From positions 248,001 to 312,000 of the forward strand of contig OZ024751.1 in the NCBI GenBank assembly GCA_964016885.1: a stretch of DNA of 64,000 nt. The letters are read 5' to 3'. Shown in pieces: positions 12,404-42,162 of this stretch. The first letter of the stretch is position 1. Each line of letters begins with the position of its first letter. The notes under the pieces were generated by a model. It saw nothing but the letters and a program-made list of their open reading frames with translations. It was not told the origin of the DNA and did no database searches. This stretch comes from Eledone cirrhosa. Lineage: Eukaryota. A program made the position numbers and the translations under genes.

Positions 12404-15305
12404 TAACTTTGAAATGTTTTGGCCAGTATTGGCCCAGGCCATGTCTAACTTAATAGCACCACCTGGCGAAGTCTTTCAATTCAGGATTTGGGCACCATGG
12501 CCCATTCGAGAAGAGAATTACTGTTTGCGGAGACATATCCGGGTGTGGGTGGTTTGTCCGGGATTACTTGGAGGAATTTGTCCAAAGACTTCTTGAATTT
12601 TGTGTGGTCAGTTTCTGTTTTGACGTGTCCTGGTGTGATGTTGAAGAGAGCAGGGCCGATTGAGGTGAAATAATTGTGCCGTATTGTTGTTATGAGTTGC
12701 GATTTAGATTTTTGTATGGGACGGATAGCACGGGGCCCAAGCCTTGGGTGTATCTTGAAGGCGATGCCAACATCATTTGGGCAGTGATGATGGAACATTT
12801 TCCACATCATGCAGATAATATAACGCTCACGGCGACGTTGGAGTGAGTAAAGTTTCAGGTTTTCTAGTCGACCCCAGTAGTCAAGGTCTGACATGCCATC
12901 TATCTTTTTCGTGATTGCCCTTTGAGGAGCTTCAAGTTTCATGATACTTTGTTTCGTGTGGGGAGACCACAGTGGACAACAGTATTCAAGGTGTGGTCGG
13001 GCAAAAGTAGAGAAGAGAAGGATAATGGTGTGGGAATCTCTCGACTGGAAGGTTCTGAGGATCCAGGAACACATTCTGCGGGCCATGTCAACTTTGCTGC
13101 TTATATGCGTGGCCCAGCTTATGTTGCTGTCCACGGTTACTCCCAAGTCTCTGATGTTGTTAGATGCCACGAGAGTTTCCCCGGAGGGAAGGGAGTACGG
13201 GAGTTTCAGAGCATCCTCTTTTCCAAAGTGGATCAGTTCGAATTTGTCTTCGTTCAGTAACATGTTGTTCTTTTCCGCCCATTGGGTAACAGCCAGTAGG
13301 TCTGACTGAAGGCTTATCCGGTCATCCACGCCATTGATGACCTTTTGGAGCTTGGAATCATCAGTGAAAATTTTAATGTTGCTGTGTTTGATGATGTCAG
13401 TGATGTCATTAATATAGATGATGAAGAGAAGTGGGCCCAACACAGTGCCTTGTGGGACCCCACTACTGACTTTGGCTGGGCTGGATTTGACTCCTTCAAC
13501 TACAACATGTTGGGTTCTGTTTGACAGGAAGCTCTTGATCCACTGCAGCAGCTTTCCAGTGACACCAATATTGGACAGCTTTCTCAGTAGAATGTTATGA
13601 TCAACTCTGTCAAAGGCCTTGCTGAAATCAAGGTAGATAACATCAGTGTTGGAACCCTCTCCCAAGGCTCTCAAAATGTCATCAAAGTGATGCAGTAGCT
13701 GCGTCAGGCAATCCCTTCCATTACGGAATCCATGCTGGTTGGAGTTCAGCATATTGTTACTCTCAAGGAAGTGGGTCATTCGCGATCTCACCACTCTCTC
13801 AAATACCTTAATGATATGAGAGGTGAGTGAGATTGGACGGTAATTCACGGCAAGGGATTTGTTTCCCTTTTTGAAAACTGGGACAACAGACTGGGATAGA
13901 AGGTTTTCTGGCACATATCCAGCATCCAGTGAGTTCCGCCACAGATTGGCAAGAGGAGATGCAAGTTGGTGTTGACACGCCTTCAAGACACAAGCAGGGA
14001 ACCTATCGGGACCTACTGCTGAATTATGCTTGATTTCCTTTATTGCCGCTAAGACATCAGGGGTGCCAAACGTTATGTCCGATAAGGTGTAATGGGGAGT
14101 AACATCGCCGATACAGCCCAGATCGGCCATATCAGGATTGCTGAAAACAGAGCAGTATTGTTTCTGCAGTATCTCACCCATGGTTTTAGCATTGTCTTGA
14201 AGAGTGCCATTTTCATCAATTCGAGGGCCAACAGTAGAGCCAGTGATTTTGTGTTTTTTTGCAAATGAAAAGAACACTTTGGGATTGAGTTTGATCTTCT
14301 CAATGGCCCAGGCCTCTTCAGCTCTTCTCTGATTGTTGATGAGGGACATTATGTTGTTTTGGAGGTTATGTTTTTTAATCTCTAGTGATGAAATGGCAGT
14401 CAAGTTGATGTGTTGCTGCTGACAGTATTTCAGCTTATTGATTTTTTTGTTCGTTCTCTTAATTTTTCTGATGAGCGTTTTTCTATTTCTAGGGATTCTG
14501 CTCTTAGATTTGTTTATAGTTCTTAATGGGGTGTGTTTAGCACATATGTTTGTAACAGTGTCCACAAATGTCTGCCAGGACTTTTTGATGTTAGTGGGTG
14601 TATGAGTGTGCGTGAAGGACCAGTCGACATGTGCAAGATCATGGCTGATCGCTTCCCAGTTTGCATTGTGGAAATCCATAGCGTCAAACGGATGGACAGG
14701 AGAGATGACATTGGGTTTGTATATTGGGCGGTGGAATCTCAGATCACAGAGAACCATGTCATGATCAGAGAGTAGAGTTTTCTCCACTGCAATATTGTGG
14801 ATATTGTCAGTGTGATTGCTGAAAATTAAGTCTAGGACGTTTTTGTGGCACCTCGTTGGTTCGAGCACCAGTTGGGATAGGAAGAAATCATCCATGAAGT
14901 CAAGAAGCGATTCCACTGCTTCCCTGTCAGAGGTTGAGGCAGAAGAACCTGGTGGCAGGCTGTTTGTGGACCAGTCAACTCCGGGGAGGTTGAAATCCCC
15001 CATCATTAAGATGTTGTCAGGGTGACACTCTTTGATGAAACACTTTATGCTGTTGAGGCATTCCTTGAAGCATGGTACAGGCGTTTGGGGTGGCCTATAG
15101 AGCCCAACTACTATTAGGTTGTTGGTTTGACTGAATACAGTGACTGCTTCACAGTATCCATTAGTGAATATGTTCATAGCCTCTGTTGAGAAAGAATTAT
15201 GGACATAAATGGCAGTCCTGCCCTTTCTTCTGCCAGCGCGATCAGCAGGGATGGCTTTGAAATTTTTCACTTTCACCTCGGCTTACAAGTGGAGGTTACT
15301 GAGAT
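12404..15305 (-). mobile_element. CR1/L2-group non-LTR retrotransposon copy 1 (APE + RT ORF 12481-15276), 5'-truncated
   Basis: APE motifs GDFNLP and SDHD; RT motifs [16 protein letters not shown] and [10 protein letters not shown]; catalytic motif mutated to FTDD; 3' end ttcaaagtta runs into TA microsatellite. Confidence 0.95.
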
Positions 15306-15324
15306 GTATATATATATATACATA

Positions 15325-15362
<38 letters not shown>

Positions 15363-15422
15363 CATATATATATATACATACATATATATACATATATATA
15401 TATACATACATATATATACATA

Positions 15423-15528
<106 letters not shown>

Positions 15529-15842
15529 CATATACATACATATATATATATATACATACATACATATACATACATATATATATATATACATACATACATA
15601 TACATACATATATATATATATATACATATACATACATATACATACATATATATATATATATACATATACATACATATACATACATATATATATATATATA
15701 CATATACATACATATATATATATATATACATACATACATATACATACATATACATACATACATATACATACATATACATACATACATATACATACATATA
15801 CATACATATATATACATACATATACATACATATATATATATA

Positions 15843-15874
<32 letters not shown>

Positions 15875-15929
15875 CATACATATACATACATACATATATA
15901 TACATACATATACATACATATATATATAT

Positions 15930-15960
<31 letters not shown>

Positions 15961-16185
15961 CATACATATACATACATATATATATACATACATATACATA
16001 CATATACATACATATACATACATATATATATATACATACATATACATACATATACATACATATACATACATATACATACATATACATACATATACATACA
16101 TATACATACATATATATATATATACATACATATACATACATATATATATATATACATACATATATACATACATATATATATATAT

Positions 16186-16666
16186 ATGGTGGCTGCCAAC
16201 TCGTTTTCGAGTACGGCCACTACTTTATATCCATGTAGGAGAACCCCTACCGATGCGCTGAACGAATGTGACTTTTTAGTCCAGCCAGCGACTTGAAAAC
16301 TCTGGTACAAAGACTACACTTGTGACCATTATTGACACATAGTGCAGGGCCCATGGTACCATGTGATGACAAGTGCAGAGAGATCTCCAGATATAAAGCA
16401 ATGCCTGTGCTGTGAAGCTTTTATAGTGAGCAAAGGCACTGCACAAAGCCAGTCCCACTCTCTTAACCAAGATGATATTTACCAAAAAGAAGAACAAGTC
16501 AACATCATTGGATACCATCAGGGTTGCAGGTGTTATATCAGAGTTTTCCTTCTCCTAGAATTCTGCCTTGACAAAGGCTAAGGGGTCATCTTTCCCAGTG
16601 ATTTTGGATGGCTATTGACTCTTAAGAGCTCCCTTGCCCTTTGACAGGTTTTGTTTTTAGTCCTGC
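16186..16666 (-). mobile_element. R element copy 2, 5'-truncated
   Basis: Same 3' end, different 5' truncation point. Confidence 0.85.
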
Positions 16667-16743
16667 ATATACATATATATACATATATACATACATATAT
16701 ACATATATATACATACATATATACATACATATATATATATATA

Positions 16744-16775
<32 letters not shown>

Positions 16776-16837
16776 CATACATATATACATACATATATAT
16801 ATATATATACATACATATATACATACATATATATATA

Positions 16838-16873
<36 letters not shown>

Positions 16874-17178
16874 TATATACATACATACATACATGTAATA
16901 TATATATATATACATACATATATACATACATATATATATATATACATACATACATATATACATACATATATATATATATACATACATACATATATACATA
17001 CATATATATATATATACATACATATATACATACATATATATATATATACATACATATATACATACATATATATATATATACATACATATATACATACATA
17101 TATATATATATACATACATACATACATACATATATACATACATATATACATACATATATACATACATATATACATACA

Positions 17179-17210
<32 letters not shown>

Positions 17211-17215
17211 CATAC

Positions 17216-17249
<34 letters not shown>

Positions 17250-17623
17250 ACATACATATATATATATACATACATACATACATATATATATATACATACA
17301 TACATACATATATATATATACATACATATATACATACATACATATATACATACATATATATATACATACATACATATATATATACATACATATATATATA
17401 CATACATATATACATACATATATATATACATACATATATATATACATACATATATACATACATACATATATACATACATACATATATACATACATATATA
17501 CATACATATATACATACATATATATATACATACATACATATATACATACATATATACATACATACATATATATATACATACATACATACATATATACATA
17601 CATACATACATATATATACATAC

Positions 17624-17708
<85 letters not shown>

Positions 17709-17736
17709 CATACATGTATATATATATACATACATA

Positions 17737-17786
<50 letters not shown>

Positions 17787-17807
17787 CATACATATATATA
17801 TATACAT

Positions 17808-19695
17808 CAAAGTGTTCTTTTCATTTGCAAAAAAACACAAAATCACTGGCTCTACTGTTGGCCCTCTAATTGATGAAAATGGCACTCTTCAAGACAATGC
17901 TAAAACCATGGGTGAGATACTGCAGAAACAATACTGCTCTGTTTTCAGCAATCCTGATATGGCCGATCTGGGCTGTATCGGCGATGTTACTCCCCATTAC
18001 ACCTTATCGGACATAACGTTTGGCGCCCCTGATGTCTTGGCGGCAATAAAGGAAATCAAGCATAATTCAGCAGTAGGTCCCGATAGGTTCCCTGCTTGTG
18101 TCTTGAAGGCGTGTCAACACCAACTTGCTTCTCCTCTTGCCAATCTGTGGCGGAACTCACTGGATGCTGGATATGTGCCAGAAAACCTTCTATCCCAGTC
18201 TGTTGTCCCAGTTTTCAAAAAGGGAAACAAATCCCTTGCCGTGAATTACCGTCCAATCTCACTCACCTCTCATATCATTAAGGTATTTGAGCGAGTGGTG
18301 AGATCGCGAATGACCCACTTCCTTGAGAGTAACAATATGCTGAACTCCAACCAGCATGGATTCCGTAATGGAAGGGATTGCCTGACGCAACTACTGCATC
18401 ACTTTGATGACATTTTGAGAGCCTTGGGAGAGGGTTCCAACACTGATGTTATCTACCTTGATTTCAGCAAGGCCTTTGACAGGGTTGATCATAACCTTCT
18501 ACTGAGAAAGCTGTCCAATATTGGTGTCACTGGAAAGCTGCTGCAGTGGATCAAGAGCTTCCTGTCAAACAGAACCCAACATGTTGTAGTTGAGGGAGTC
18601 AAATCAAGCCCAGCCAAAGTCAGTAGTGGAGTCCCACAAGGCACTGTGTTGGGCCCACTTCTCTTCATCATCTATATTAATGACATCACTGACATCATCA
18701 AACACAGCAACATTAAAATTTTCGCTGATGATTCCAAGCTCCAAAAGGTCATCAATGGCGTGGATGACCGGATAAGCCTTCAGTCAGACCTACTGGCTGT
18801 TACCCAATGGGCAGAAAAGAACAACATGTTACTGAACGAAGACAAATTCGAACTGATCCACTTTGGAAAAGAGGATGCTCTGAAACTCCCGTACTCCCTT
18901 CCCTCCGGGGAAACTCTCGTGGCATCTAACAACATCAGAGACTTGGGAGTAACCGTGGACAGCAACATAAGCTGGACCACGCATATAAGCAGCAAAGTTG
19001 ACATGGCCCGCAGAATGTGTTCCTGGATCCTCAGAACCTTCCAGTCGAGAGATTCCCGCACCATTATCCTTCTCTTCTCTACTTTCGCCCGACCACACCT
19101 TGAATACTGTTGTCCACTGTGGTCTCCCCACACGAAACAAAGTATCATGAAACTTGAAGCTCCTCAAAGGGCAATCACAAAAAAGATAGATGGCATGTCA
19201 GACCTTGACTACTGGGGTCGATTGGAAAACCTGAAACTTTACTCACTCCAACGTCGCCGTGAGCGTTATATTATCTGCATGATGTGGAAAATGTTCCATC
19301 ATCACTGCCCAAATGATGTTGGCATCGCCTTCAAGATACACCCAAGGCTTGGGCCCCGTGCTATCCGTCCCATTCAAAAATCTAAATCGCAACTCATAAC
19401 AACAATACGGCACAATTATTTCACCTCAATCGGCCCTGCTCTCTTCAACATCACACCAGGACACGTCAAAACAGAAACTGACCACACAAAATTCAAGAAA
19501 TCTTTGGACAAATTCCTCCAAGTAATCCCGGACAAACCACCCACACCCGGATATGTCTCCGCAAACAGTAATTCTCTTCTCGAATGGGCCATGGTGCCCA
19601 AATCCTGAATTGAAAGACTTCGCCAGGTGGTGCTATTAAGTTAGACATGGCCTGGGCCAATACTGGCCAAAACATTTCAAAGTTATTCAAAGTTA
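17808..19695 (+). mobile_element. CR1/L2-group LINE copy 2, 5'-truncated (RT only)
   Basis: Begins abruptly at KVFFSFAKK after microsatellite; FADD motif; nearly identical to copy 3; tail (ttcaaagtta)x2. Confidence 0.95.
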
Positions 19696-19706
19696 TATAT
19701 ACATAT

Positions 19707-20316
19707 ATGGTGGCTGCCAACTCGTTTTCGAGTACGGCCACTACTTTATATCCATGTAGGAGAACCCCTACCGATACGCTGAACGAGTGTGACTTTTTAG
19801 TCCAGCCAGCAACTTGAAAACTCTGGTACAAACACTACACTTGTGACAATTATTGACACATAGTGCTGGGCCCATGGTACCATGTAATGACAAGTGCAGA
19901 GAGATCTCCAGATACAAAGCAATGCCTGTGCCGTGAAGCTTTTATAGTGAGCAAAGGCACTGCACAAAGCCAGTCCCACTCTCTTAACCAAGATGATATT
20001 TACCAAAAAGAAGAACAAGTCAACATCATTGGATACCATCAGGGTTGCAGGTGTTATATCAGAGTTTTCCTTCTCCTAGAATTCTGCCTTGACAAAGGCT
20101 AAGGGGTCATCTCTCCCGGTGATTTTGGATGGCCATTGACTCTTAAGAGCTCCTTTGCCCTTTGACAGGTTTTGTTTTTAGTCCTGCAGGATGTCCAAAG
20201 TCACCCTCCTCACCAAGAAACCTTAGTGGGGTTGCCAGTTTAGTCGCCAACGACCCGACCATGAGACAGGTTGTACTGGGATACATGTTACCAGTAGCAC
20301 CAAGTGGTGACCTGAC
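19707..20316 (-). mobile_element. R element copy 3, apparently full length (~610 bp)
   Basis: 5' part is homologous to the 5' UTR of the RTE LINE at 61790-62078; 3' part encodes a C2H2 remnant like the LINE C-terminus. Confidence 0.85.
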
Positions 20317-20589
20317 ATATACATATATACATACATATATACATACATATATATATATACATATATATATACATACATATATATATATACATACATATAT
20401 ATATATATATACACATATATATATATATACATACATATATATATACATACATATATATATATACATACATATATATATATACATACATATATATATATAC
20501 ATACATATATATATATACATACATATATATATATATACATACATATATATATATACATACATACATATATATATATACATACATACATA

Positions 20590-20621
<32 letters not shown>

Positions 20622-20668
20622 CATATATATACATACATACATATATATACATACATACATATATATAC

Positions 20669-20699
<31 letters not shown>

Positions 20700-20766
20700 C
20701 ATACACACATACATACATATATATACATACACACATACATACATATATATACATACACATACATAC

Positions 20767-20938
<172 letters not shown>

Positions 20939-20940
20939 AC

Positions 20941-20973
<33 letters not shown>

Positions 20974-20984
20974 CACATACATAT

Positions 20985-23900
20985 AACTGGAAAAAAACAT
21001 TCGAGCTATCACCCAGCACCACCCTCCACTATCACCCCACTGCACAAACTCCCATTGCTGCCATTAACAAACAAACAAATTAACAACACACCAAAACAAT
21101 TAAAACCATCCACTCTCGCCTCTACATTTTTGCTTAACGCCCAAGGCATCAGCCCTTCCACCAATACTCAAAAATGGAAGATCAAATTCCTGGAGGACTG
21201 GATTGATGTCCATCCAAACCACATCCCTTTCTTCGTCCTCACTGAAACCCATCTCAGTAACCTCCACTTGGAAGCCGAGGTGAAAGTGAAAAATTTCAAA
21301 GCCATCCGTGCTGATCGCGCTGGCAGAAGAAAGGGCGGAACTGCCATTTATGTCCATAATTCTTTCTCAACAGAGGCTATGAACATATTCACTAATGGAT
21401 ACTGTGAGGCAGTCACTGTATTCAGTCAAACCAACAACCTATTGGTAGTTGGGCTCTATAGGCCACCCCAAACGCCTGTACCATGCTTCAAGGAATGCCT
21501 CAACAGCATAAAGTGTTTCATCCAAGAGTGTCACCCTGACAACATCTTAATGATGGGGGACTTCAACCTCCCCGGAGTTGACTGGTCCACAAACACCCTG
21601 CCACCAGGTTCTTCTGCCTCAACCTCTGACAGGGAAGCTGTGGAATCGCTTCTTGACTTCATGGATGATTTCTTCCTATCCCAACTAGTGCTCGAACCAA
21701 CGAGGTGCCACAAAAACGTCCTAGACTTAATTTTCAGCAATCACACTGACAATATCCACAATATTGCAGTGGAGAAAACTCTACTCTCTGATCATGACAT
21801 GGTTCTCTGTGATCTGAGATTCCACCGTCCAATATACAAACCCAATGTCATTTCTCCTGTCCATCCGTTTGACGCTATGGATTTCCACAATGCAAACTGG
21901 GAAGCGATCAGTCATGATCTTGCACATGTCGACTGGTCCTTCACGCACACTCATACACCCACTAACATCAAAAAGTCCTGGCAGACATTTGTGGACACTG
22001 TTACAAACATATGTGCTAAACACACCCCATTAAGAACTATAAACAAATCTAAGAGCAGAATCCCTAGAAATAGAAAAACGCTCATCAGAAAAATTAAGAG
22101 AACGAACAAAAAAATCAACAATCTGAAATACTGTCAGCAGCAACACATCAACTTGACTGCCATTTCATCACTAGAGATTAAAAAACATAACCTCCAAAAC
22201 AACATAATGTCCCTCATCAACAATCAGAGAAGAGCTGAAGAGGCCTGGGCCATTGAGAAGATCAAACTCAATCCCAAAGTGTTCTTTTCATTTGCAAAAA
22301 AACACAAAATCACTGGCTCTACTGTTGGCCCTCTAATTGATGAAAATGGCACTCTTCAAGACAATGCTAAAACCATGGGTGAGATACTGCAGAAACAATA
22401 CTGCTCTGTTTTCAGCAATCCTGATATGGCCGATCTGGGCTGTATCGGCGATGTTACTCCCCATTACACCTTATCGGACATAACGTTTGGCGCCCCTGAT
22501 GTCTTGGCGGCAATAAAGGAAATCAAGCATAATTCAGCAGTAGGTCCCGATAGGTTCCCTGCTTGTGTCTTGAAGGCGTGTCAACACCAACTTGCTTCTC
22601 CTCTTGCCAATCTGTGGCGGAACTCACTGGATGCTGGATATGTGCCAGAAAACCTTCTATCCCAGTCTGTTGTCCCAGTTTTCAAAAAGGGAAACAAATC
22701 CCTTGCCGTGAATTACCGTCCAATCTCACTCACCTCTCATATCATTAAGGTATTTGAGCGAGTGGTGAGATCGCGAATGACCCACTTCCTTGAGAGTAAC
22801 AATATGCTGAACTCCAACCAGCATGGATTCCGTAATGGAAGGGATTGCCTGACGCAACTACTGCATCACTTTGATGACATTTTGAGAGCCTTGGGAGAGG
22901 GTTCCAACACTGATGTTATCTACCTTGATTTCAGCAAGGCCTTTGACAGGGTTGATCATAACATTCTACTGAGAAAGCTGTCCAATATTGGTGTCACTGG
23001 AAAGCTGCTGCAGTGGATCAAGAGCTTCCTGTCAAACAGAACCCAACATGTTGTAGTTGAGGGAGTCAAATCAAGCCCAGCCAAAGTCAGTAGTGGAGTC
23101 CCACAAGGCACTGTGTTGGGCCCACTTCTCTTCATCATCTATATTAATGACATCACTGACATCATCAAACACAGCAACATTAAAATTTTCGCTGATGATT
23201 CCAAGCTCCAAAAGGTCATCAATGGCGTGGATGACCGGATAAGCCTTCAGTCAGACCTACTGGCTGTTACCCAATGGGCAGAAAAGAACAACATGTTACT
23301 GAACGAAGACAAATTCGAACTGATCCACTTTGGAAAAGAGGATGCTCTGAAACTCCCGTACTCCCTTCCCTCCGGGGAAACTCTCGTGGCATCTAACAAC
23401 ATCAGAGACTTGGGAGTAACCGTGGACAGCAACATAAGCTGGACCACGCATATAAGCAGCAAAGTTGACATGGCCCGCAGAATGTGTTCCTGGATCCTCA
23501 GAACCTTCCAGTCGAGAGATTCCCGCACCATTATCCTTCTCTTCTCTACTTTCGCCCGACCACACCTTGAATACTGTTGTCCACTGTGGTCTCCCCACAC
23601 GAAACAAAGTATCATGAAACTTGAAGCTCCTCAAAGGGCAATCACGAAAAAGATAGATGGCATGTCAGACCTTGACTACTGGGGTCGATTGGAAAACCTG
23701 AAACTTTACTCACTCCAACGTCGCCGTGAGCGTTATATTATCTGCATGATGTGGAAAATGTTCCATCATCACTGCCCAAATGATGTTGGCATCGCCTTCA
23801 AGATACACCCAAGGCTTGGGCCCCGTGCTATCCGTCCCATTCAAAAATCTAAATCGCAACTCATAACAACAATACGGCACAATTATTTCACCTCAATCGG

Positions 23901-24163
23901 CCCTGCTCTCTTCAACATCACACCAGGACACGTCAAAACAGAAACTGACCACACAAAATTCAAGAAGTCTTTGGACAAATTCCTCCAAGTAATCCCGGAC
24001 AAACCACCCACACCCGGATATGTCTCCGCAAACAGTAATTCTCTTCTCGAATGGGCCATGGTGCCCAAATCCTGAATTGAAAGACTTCGCCAGGTGGTGC
24101 TATTAAGTTAGACATGGCCTGGGCCAATACTGGCCAAAACATTTCAAAGTTATTCAAAGTTAT
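20985..24163 (+). mobile_element. CR1/L2-group LINE copy 3 with uninterrupted APE-RT ORF
   Basis: Frame is open from the element's left edge to TGA at 24075; APE (LTETHL, GGTAIYV, GDFN, SDHD) and RT (FADD); tail (ttcaaagtta)x2. Confidence 0.95.
21055..24075 (+). CDS. LINE ORF2: apurinic-like endonuclease + reverse transcriptase (~1006 aa; no ATG at the start, probably 5'-truncated)
   Basis: ORF track; all canonical EN and RT motifs present with no stops. Confidence 0.88.
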   Translation: MLPLTNKQINNTPKQLKPSTLASTFLLNAQGISPSTNTQKWKIKFLEDWIDVHPNHIPFFVLTETHLSNLHLEAEVKVKNFKAIRADRAGRRKGGTAIYVHNSFSTEAMNIFTNGYCEAVTVFSQTNNLLVVGLYRPPQTPVPCFKECLNSIKCFIQECHPDNILMMGDFNLPGVDWSTNTLPPGSSASTSDREAVESLLDFMDDFFLSQLVLEPTRCHKNVLDLIFSNHTDNIHNIAVEKTLLSDHDMVLCDLRFHRPIYKPNVISPVHPFDAMDFHNANWEAISHDLAHVDWSFTHTHTPTNIKKSWQTFVDTVTNICAKHTPLRTINKSKSRIPRNRKTLIRKIKRTNKKINNLKYCQQQHINLTAISSLEIKKHNLQNNIMSLINNQRRAEEAWAIEKIKLNPKVFFSFAKKHKITGSTVGPLIDENGTLQDNAKTMGEILQKQYCSVFSNPDMADLGCIGDVTPHYTLSDITFGAPDVLAAIKEIKHNSAVGPDRFPACVLKACQHQLASPLANLWRNSLDAGYVPENLLSQSVVPVFKKGNKSLAVNYRPISLTSHIIKVFERVVRSRMTHFLESNNMLNSNQHGFRNGRDCLTQLLHHFDDILRALGEGSNTDVIYLDFSKAFDRVDHNILLRKLSNIGVTGKLLQWIKSFLSNRTQHVVVEGVKSSPAKVSSGVPQGTVLGPLLFIIYINDITDIIKHSNIKIFADDSKLQKVINGVDDRISLQSDLLAVTQWAEKNNMLLNEDKFELIHFGKEDALKLPYSLPSGETLVASNNIRDLGVTVDSNISWTTHISSKVDMARRMCSWILRTFQSRDSRTIILLFSTFARPHLEYCCPLWSPHTKQSIMKLEAPQRAITKKIDGMSDLDYWGRLENLKLYSLQRRRERYIICMMWKMFHHHCPNDVGIAFKIHPRLGPRAIRPIQKSKSQLITTIRHNYFTSIGPALFNITPGHVKTETDHTKFKKSLDKFLQVIPDKPPTPGYVSANSNSLLEWAMVPKS

Positions 24164-24167
24164 ATAC

Positions 24168-24200
<33 letters not shown>

Positions 24201-24910
24201 CACATACATATATATATACACATACATATATACACATACATATATACACATACATACATATATATACATACATACATATATATATACATATATATATACA
24301 TACATATATATATACATATATATATACATACATATATATATACATATATATATACATACATATATATATACATATATATATACATACATATATATATACA
24401 TATATATATACATACATATATATATACATATATATATACATATATATATACATATATATATACATATATATATACATATATATATACATATATATATACA
24501 TACATATATATATACATATATATATACATATATATATATACATATATATATACATACATATATACATACATATATACATACATATATATATACATACATA
24601 TATATATACATATATATATACATACATATATATATACATATATATATACATACATATATATATACATACATATATATATATATACATACATATATATATA
24701 CATATATATATACATACATATATATATACATATATATATACATACATATATATATACATACATATATATATACATATATATATACATACATATATATATA
24801 CATACATACATATATACATACATATATACATACATATATATATACATACATACAAACATACATACATATATATATACATACATATATATATACATACATA
24901 CATACATACA

Positions 24911-24944
<34 letters not shown>

Positions 24945-25119
24945 CATACATACATATATATATACATATATATACATACATACATATATATATACATACA
25001 TATATACATACATACATATACATACATATATATACATACATACATATATATATACATATATATACATACATACATATATATATACATATATATACATACA
25101 TATATATATACATACATAC

Positions 25120-25152
<33 letters not shown>

Positions 25153-25259
25153 CATATATACATACATACATATACATATATATATATATATATATATACA
25201 TATATACATACATACATACATATATATATACATACATATATACATACATAGATATATAT

Positions 25260-25715
25260 ATGGTGGCTGCCAACTCGTTTTCGAGTACGGCCACTACTTT
25301 ATATCCATATAGGAGAACCCCTACCGATGCGCTGAACGAGTGTGACCTTTTAGTCCAGCCAGCGACTTGAAAACTCTGGTACAAACACTACACTTGTGAC
25401 AAATATTGACACATAGTGCTGGGCCCATGTTACCCTGTGACGACAAGTGCAGAGAGATTTCCAGATATAAAGCAATGCCTGTGCCGTGAAGCTTTTATAG
25501 TGAGCAAAGGCACTGCACAAAGCCAGTCCCACTCTCTTAACCAAGATGATATTTACCAAAAAGAAGAACAAGTCAACATCATTGGATACCATCAGGGTTG
25601 CAGGTGTTATATCAGAGTTTTCCTTCTCCTAGAATTCTGCCTTGACAAAGGCTAAGGGGTCATCTCTCCCGGTGATTTTGGATGGCCATTGACTCTTAAG
25701 AGCTCCTTTACCCTT
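25260..25715 (-). mobile_element. R element copy 4, 5'-truncated
   Basis: Same 3' end, different 5' truncation point. Confidence 0.85.
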
Positions 25716-35845
<10,130 letters not shown>

Positions 35846-36045
35846 NNNNNNNNNNNNNNNNNNNNNNNNNNNNNNNNNNNNNNNNNNNNNNNNNNNNNNN
35901 NNNNNNNNNNNNNNNNNNNNNNNNNNNNNNNNNNNNNNNNNNNNNNNNNNNNNNNNNNNNNNNNNNNNNNNNNNNNNNNNNNNNNNNNNNNNNNNNNNNN
36001 NNNNNNNNNNNNNNNNNNNNNNNNNNNNNNNNNNNNNNNNNNNNN
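35846..36045. other. Assembly gap (200 N)
   Basis: Run of N. Confidence 1.
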
Positions 36046-39984
<3,939 letters not shown>

Positions 39985-39985
<1 letters not shown>

Positions 39986-40100
39986 TTAAAATAACAGATT
40001 AAAGTTTAAACAAAGAATCGCTGCTTTCACCCTTAACGGAATCTTCTGAAACTAAAAGATCAATTTGTGAACTCAGAAATAAATATTTCGAAAAACGTTA

Positions 40101-40160
<60 letters not shown>

Positions 40161-40405
40161 TATATATATTATACACAAACACACACACAGCTACGTCATA
40201 ATGTCGTAATGCAGACAGCCATTATAGAGAGAGATCGCAAAATCGCCTAATGTGGTCCCTAGGGTATTGAAAATTTGAAATATTCTTAGCTCAAATCACT
40301 CACAGGACCATAAGTATTACATGTGTAAAGCTTGAAAACAATCGGTTTGGTGGTTCTCGAGCTTTCGTTGCTCGGGATTTGCTCTAGGGTTTTTATATAT
40401 TTGAT
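39985..40405. repeat. Dispersed ~420-bp repeat (Helitron-like ends), copy 1
   Basis: Homologous to 42217-42703; both copies follow (TA)n. Confidence 0.65.
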
Positions 40406-41693
40406 ATATATTTATCCTTATCGAGCCTCGTGAAGTAAATACGTTTGTGTATATTTTGTTATTGTGTATGCAAAAATATCTGTACACGAATATATAAATA
40501 ACAGTACAGAGAAGTACGGAATACCTCGCCCTCGTGCTTATAAAAAAAGTTCGTCGTCATTACCAGGGTTTTTTCCGTTCGAAGAAAATCAATACTTTAT
40601 CACCAAATAAATACTTTTGTTTATATGTGTATGCAAAAATATCTGTACACGAATATATAATTATATATATATATTTAAAAGTTAAACAAGGTTCAATGAA
40701 TATATCAAAGAATGAGTTTTACAATAGATTGGAAGCACTCAATAGATTTATTATTTTTAACAGCATTTTTAACTATATATATTTTTGAACAATATTTTCA
40801 GTAACTTATTTACTATATTGCATTATTGCATTATTGTATTATATTATATATATTTGAAAGGTATCACCTCAATTATAAACATTTAATAAACTATAATCTT
40901 TGTATTTTTTTATCAATACATATATATAATTAAAAATTCGGACTTCTTTAAGTTTAGTTATAAGGCCGGTTGATACTTTAGACACTCAAACTATTTAACA
41001 ATAAATTCTTTAATAATTATAACTATAATTATTTTATAAATTATATTATAGAAACTGTTGTCAATATTATAAATAATTTTGGTAAAGATTACCTTCATGA
41101 AGATATAAAAGCATTATATACATATTTTCTTTCTCGTGTTTCGTAAATCCTTTAAATTTGTTTTCATAAAATTTGAATTTTAGAAATTAAACATAATTAT
41201 AATATTAATACAAATACCTATTAACTTTTAAAACCTAAAATATTATTCATTACCCTGAAATAACTTAAATTAAATAATTTGAAAATTAACCGCCAACTAT
41301 ATTATTTTGGACATGTGTTGCATATATGGAAATCTGTGTATATAAACTTGAACATAAATTACTCCCCTTTGTCTCTCTCTCTCTCTTTAATCATATTTCA
41401 TCTATTTTTTCAAGCCACCTACTAAGTATATTATCACATCAGCTGTTTCTTCCTCTATGCTTTCCTTTCCCTCCTCTTTCTCCAGTAGTTTTTAAAAGTT
41501 AAAAAAATTTATAACTGTTACATTGATGCCATGTATTTCTTAAACTCTATTACACGCACCCTCTCTATTGTTTGTATTATGTTATCTCATGTTCTCAATA
41601 TTAGGGTATAAATATTGAGTTTTGTCATAAGTTAATCACTACCATGACTGAATCTTAACCATCTACTATGTCAGGGTATGTCATGTATCATTT

Positions 41694-41760
41694 TATTTTA
41701 TCTGATGAGGACGTACTGTTGAACTTAACTCAGTACCTCTGAAATATGAATAATAAAATA
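41694..41760 (+). ncRNA. Minimal type-I hammerhead ribozyme (same family)
   Basis: tattttat-CTGATGA-ggacgtactg..cagtacctct-GAAA-tatgaa-TA-ataaaata. Confidence 0.78.
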
Positions 41761-42061
41761 TAATTGATCACAAGAATATCTATTTTGTTAATATTTTGAA
41801 TTAATTATATATATATGTGTGTGTGGGGGGGGGTGAGTTTTATTGTAGTACAATAAAGCAATGCAGATATCGGATAAGTAGCACTCTACAGTTTGTAGGA
41901 CTGGAGTATAAATAATATAAGATCAAAAGATGGTTAAAAGAGTTCCAGTTATTTTATTATGCGCATTTCAAAACCAAATATCATCATGAGATGACATTTG
42001 ATATGTTGATTTAAAACTTCACTATTCACAAGTGTTTTTTAACCTTCATATCATATATCCC

Positions 42062-42132
42062 TATTTTATCTGAAGAAAACGCAAATGTCATCTCATGATG
42101 ATATTTGTTTTTGAAATGCGCATAATAAAATA
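42062..42132 (+). ncRNA. Minimal type-I hammerhead ribozyme
   Basis: tattttat-CTGAAGA-long stem II-GAAA-tgcgca-TA-ataaaata; palindromic stem III. Confidence 0.85.
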
Positions 42133-42162
42133 CTTGGAACTCTTTTAACCATCTTTTGATCT

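Noticed and set aside
16651-19608. 985-aa repeat-RT fusion ORF
   Set aside because: Chance in-frame join of microsatellite to a 5'-truncated LINE.
20220-20316. HDV-like ribozyme at the R/RTE 5' end
   Set aside because: P2-like and P4-like pairings exist, but no P1 of adequate length or canonical L3 could be fitted.
40700-41690. Possible decayed Penelope ORF upstream of the hammerheads
   Set aside because: AT-rich with no protein motif I could recover by eye; a translated HMM search would be needed.
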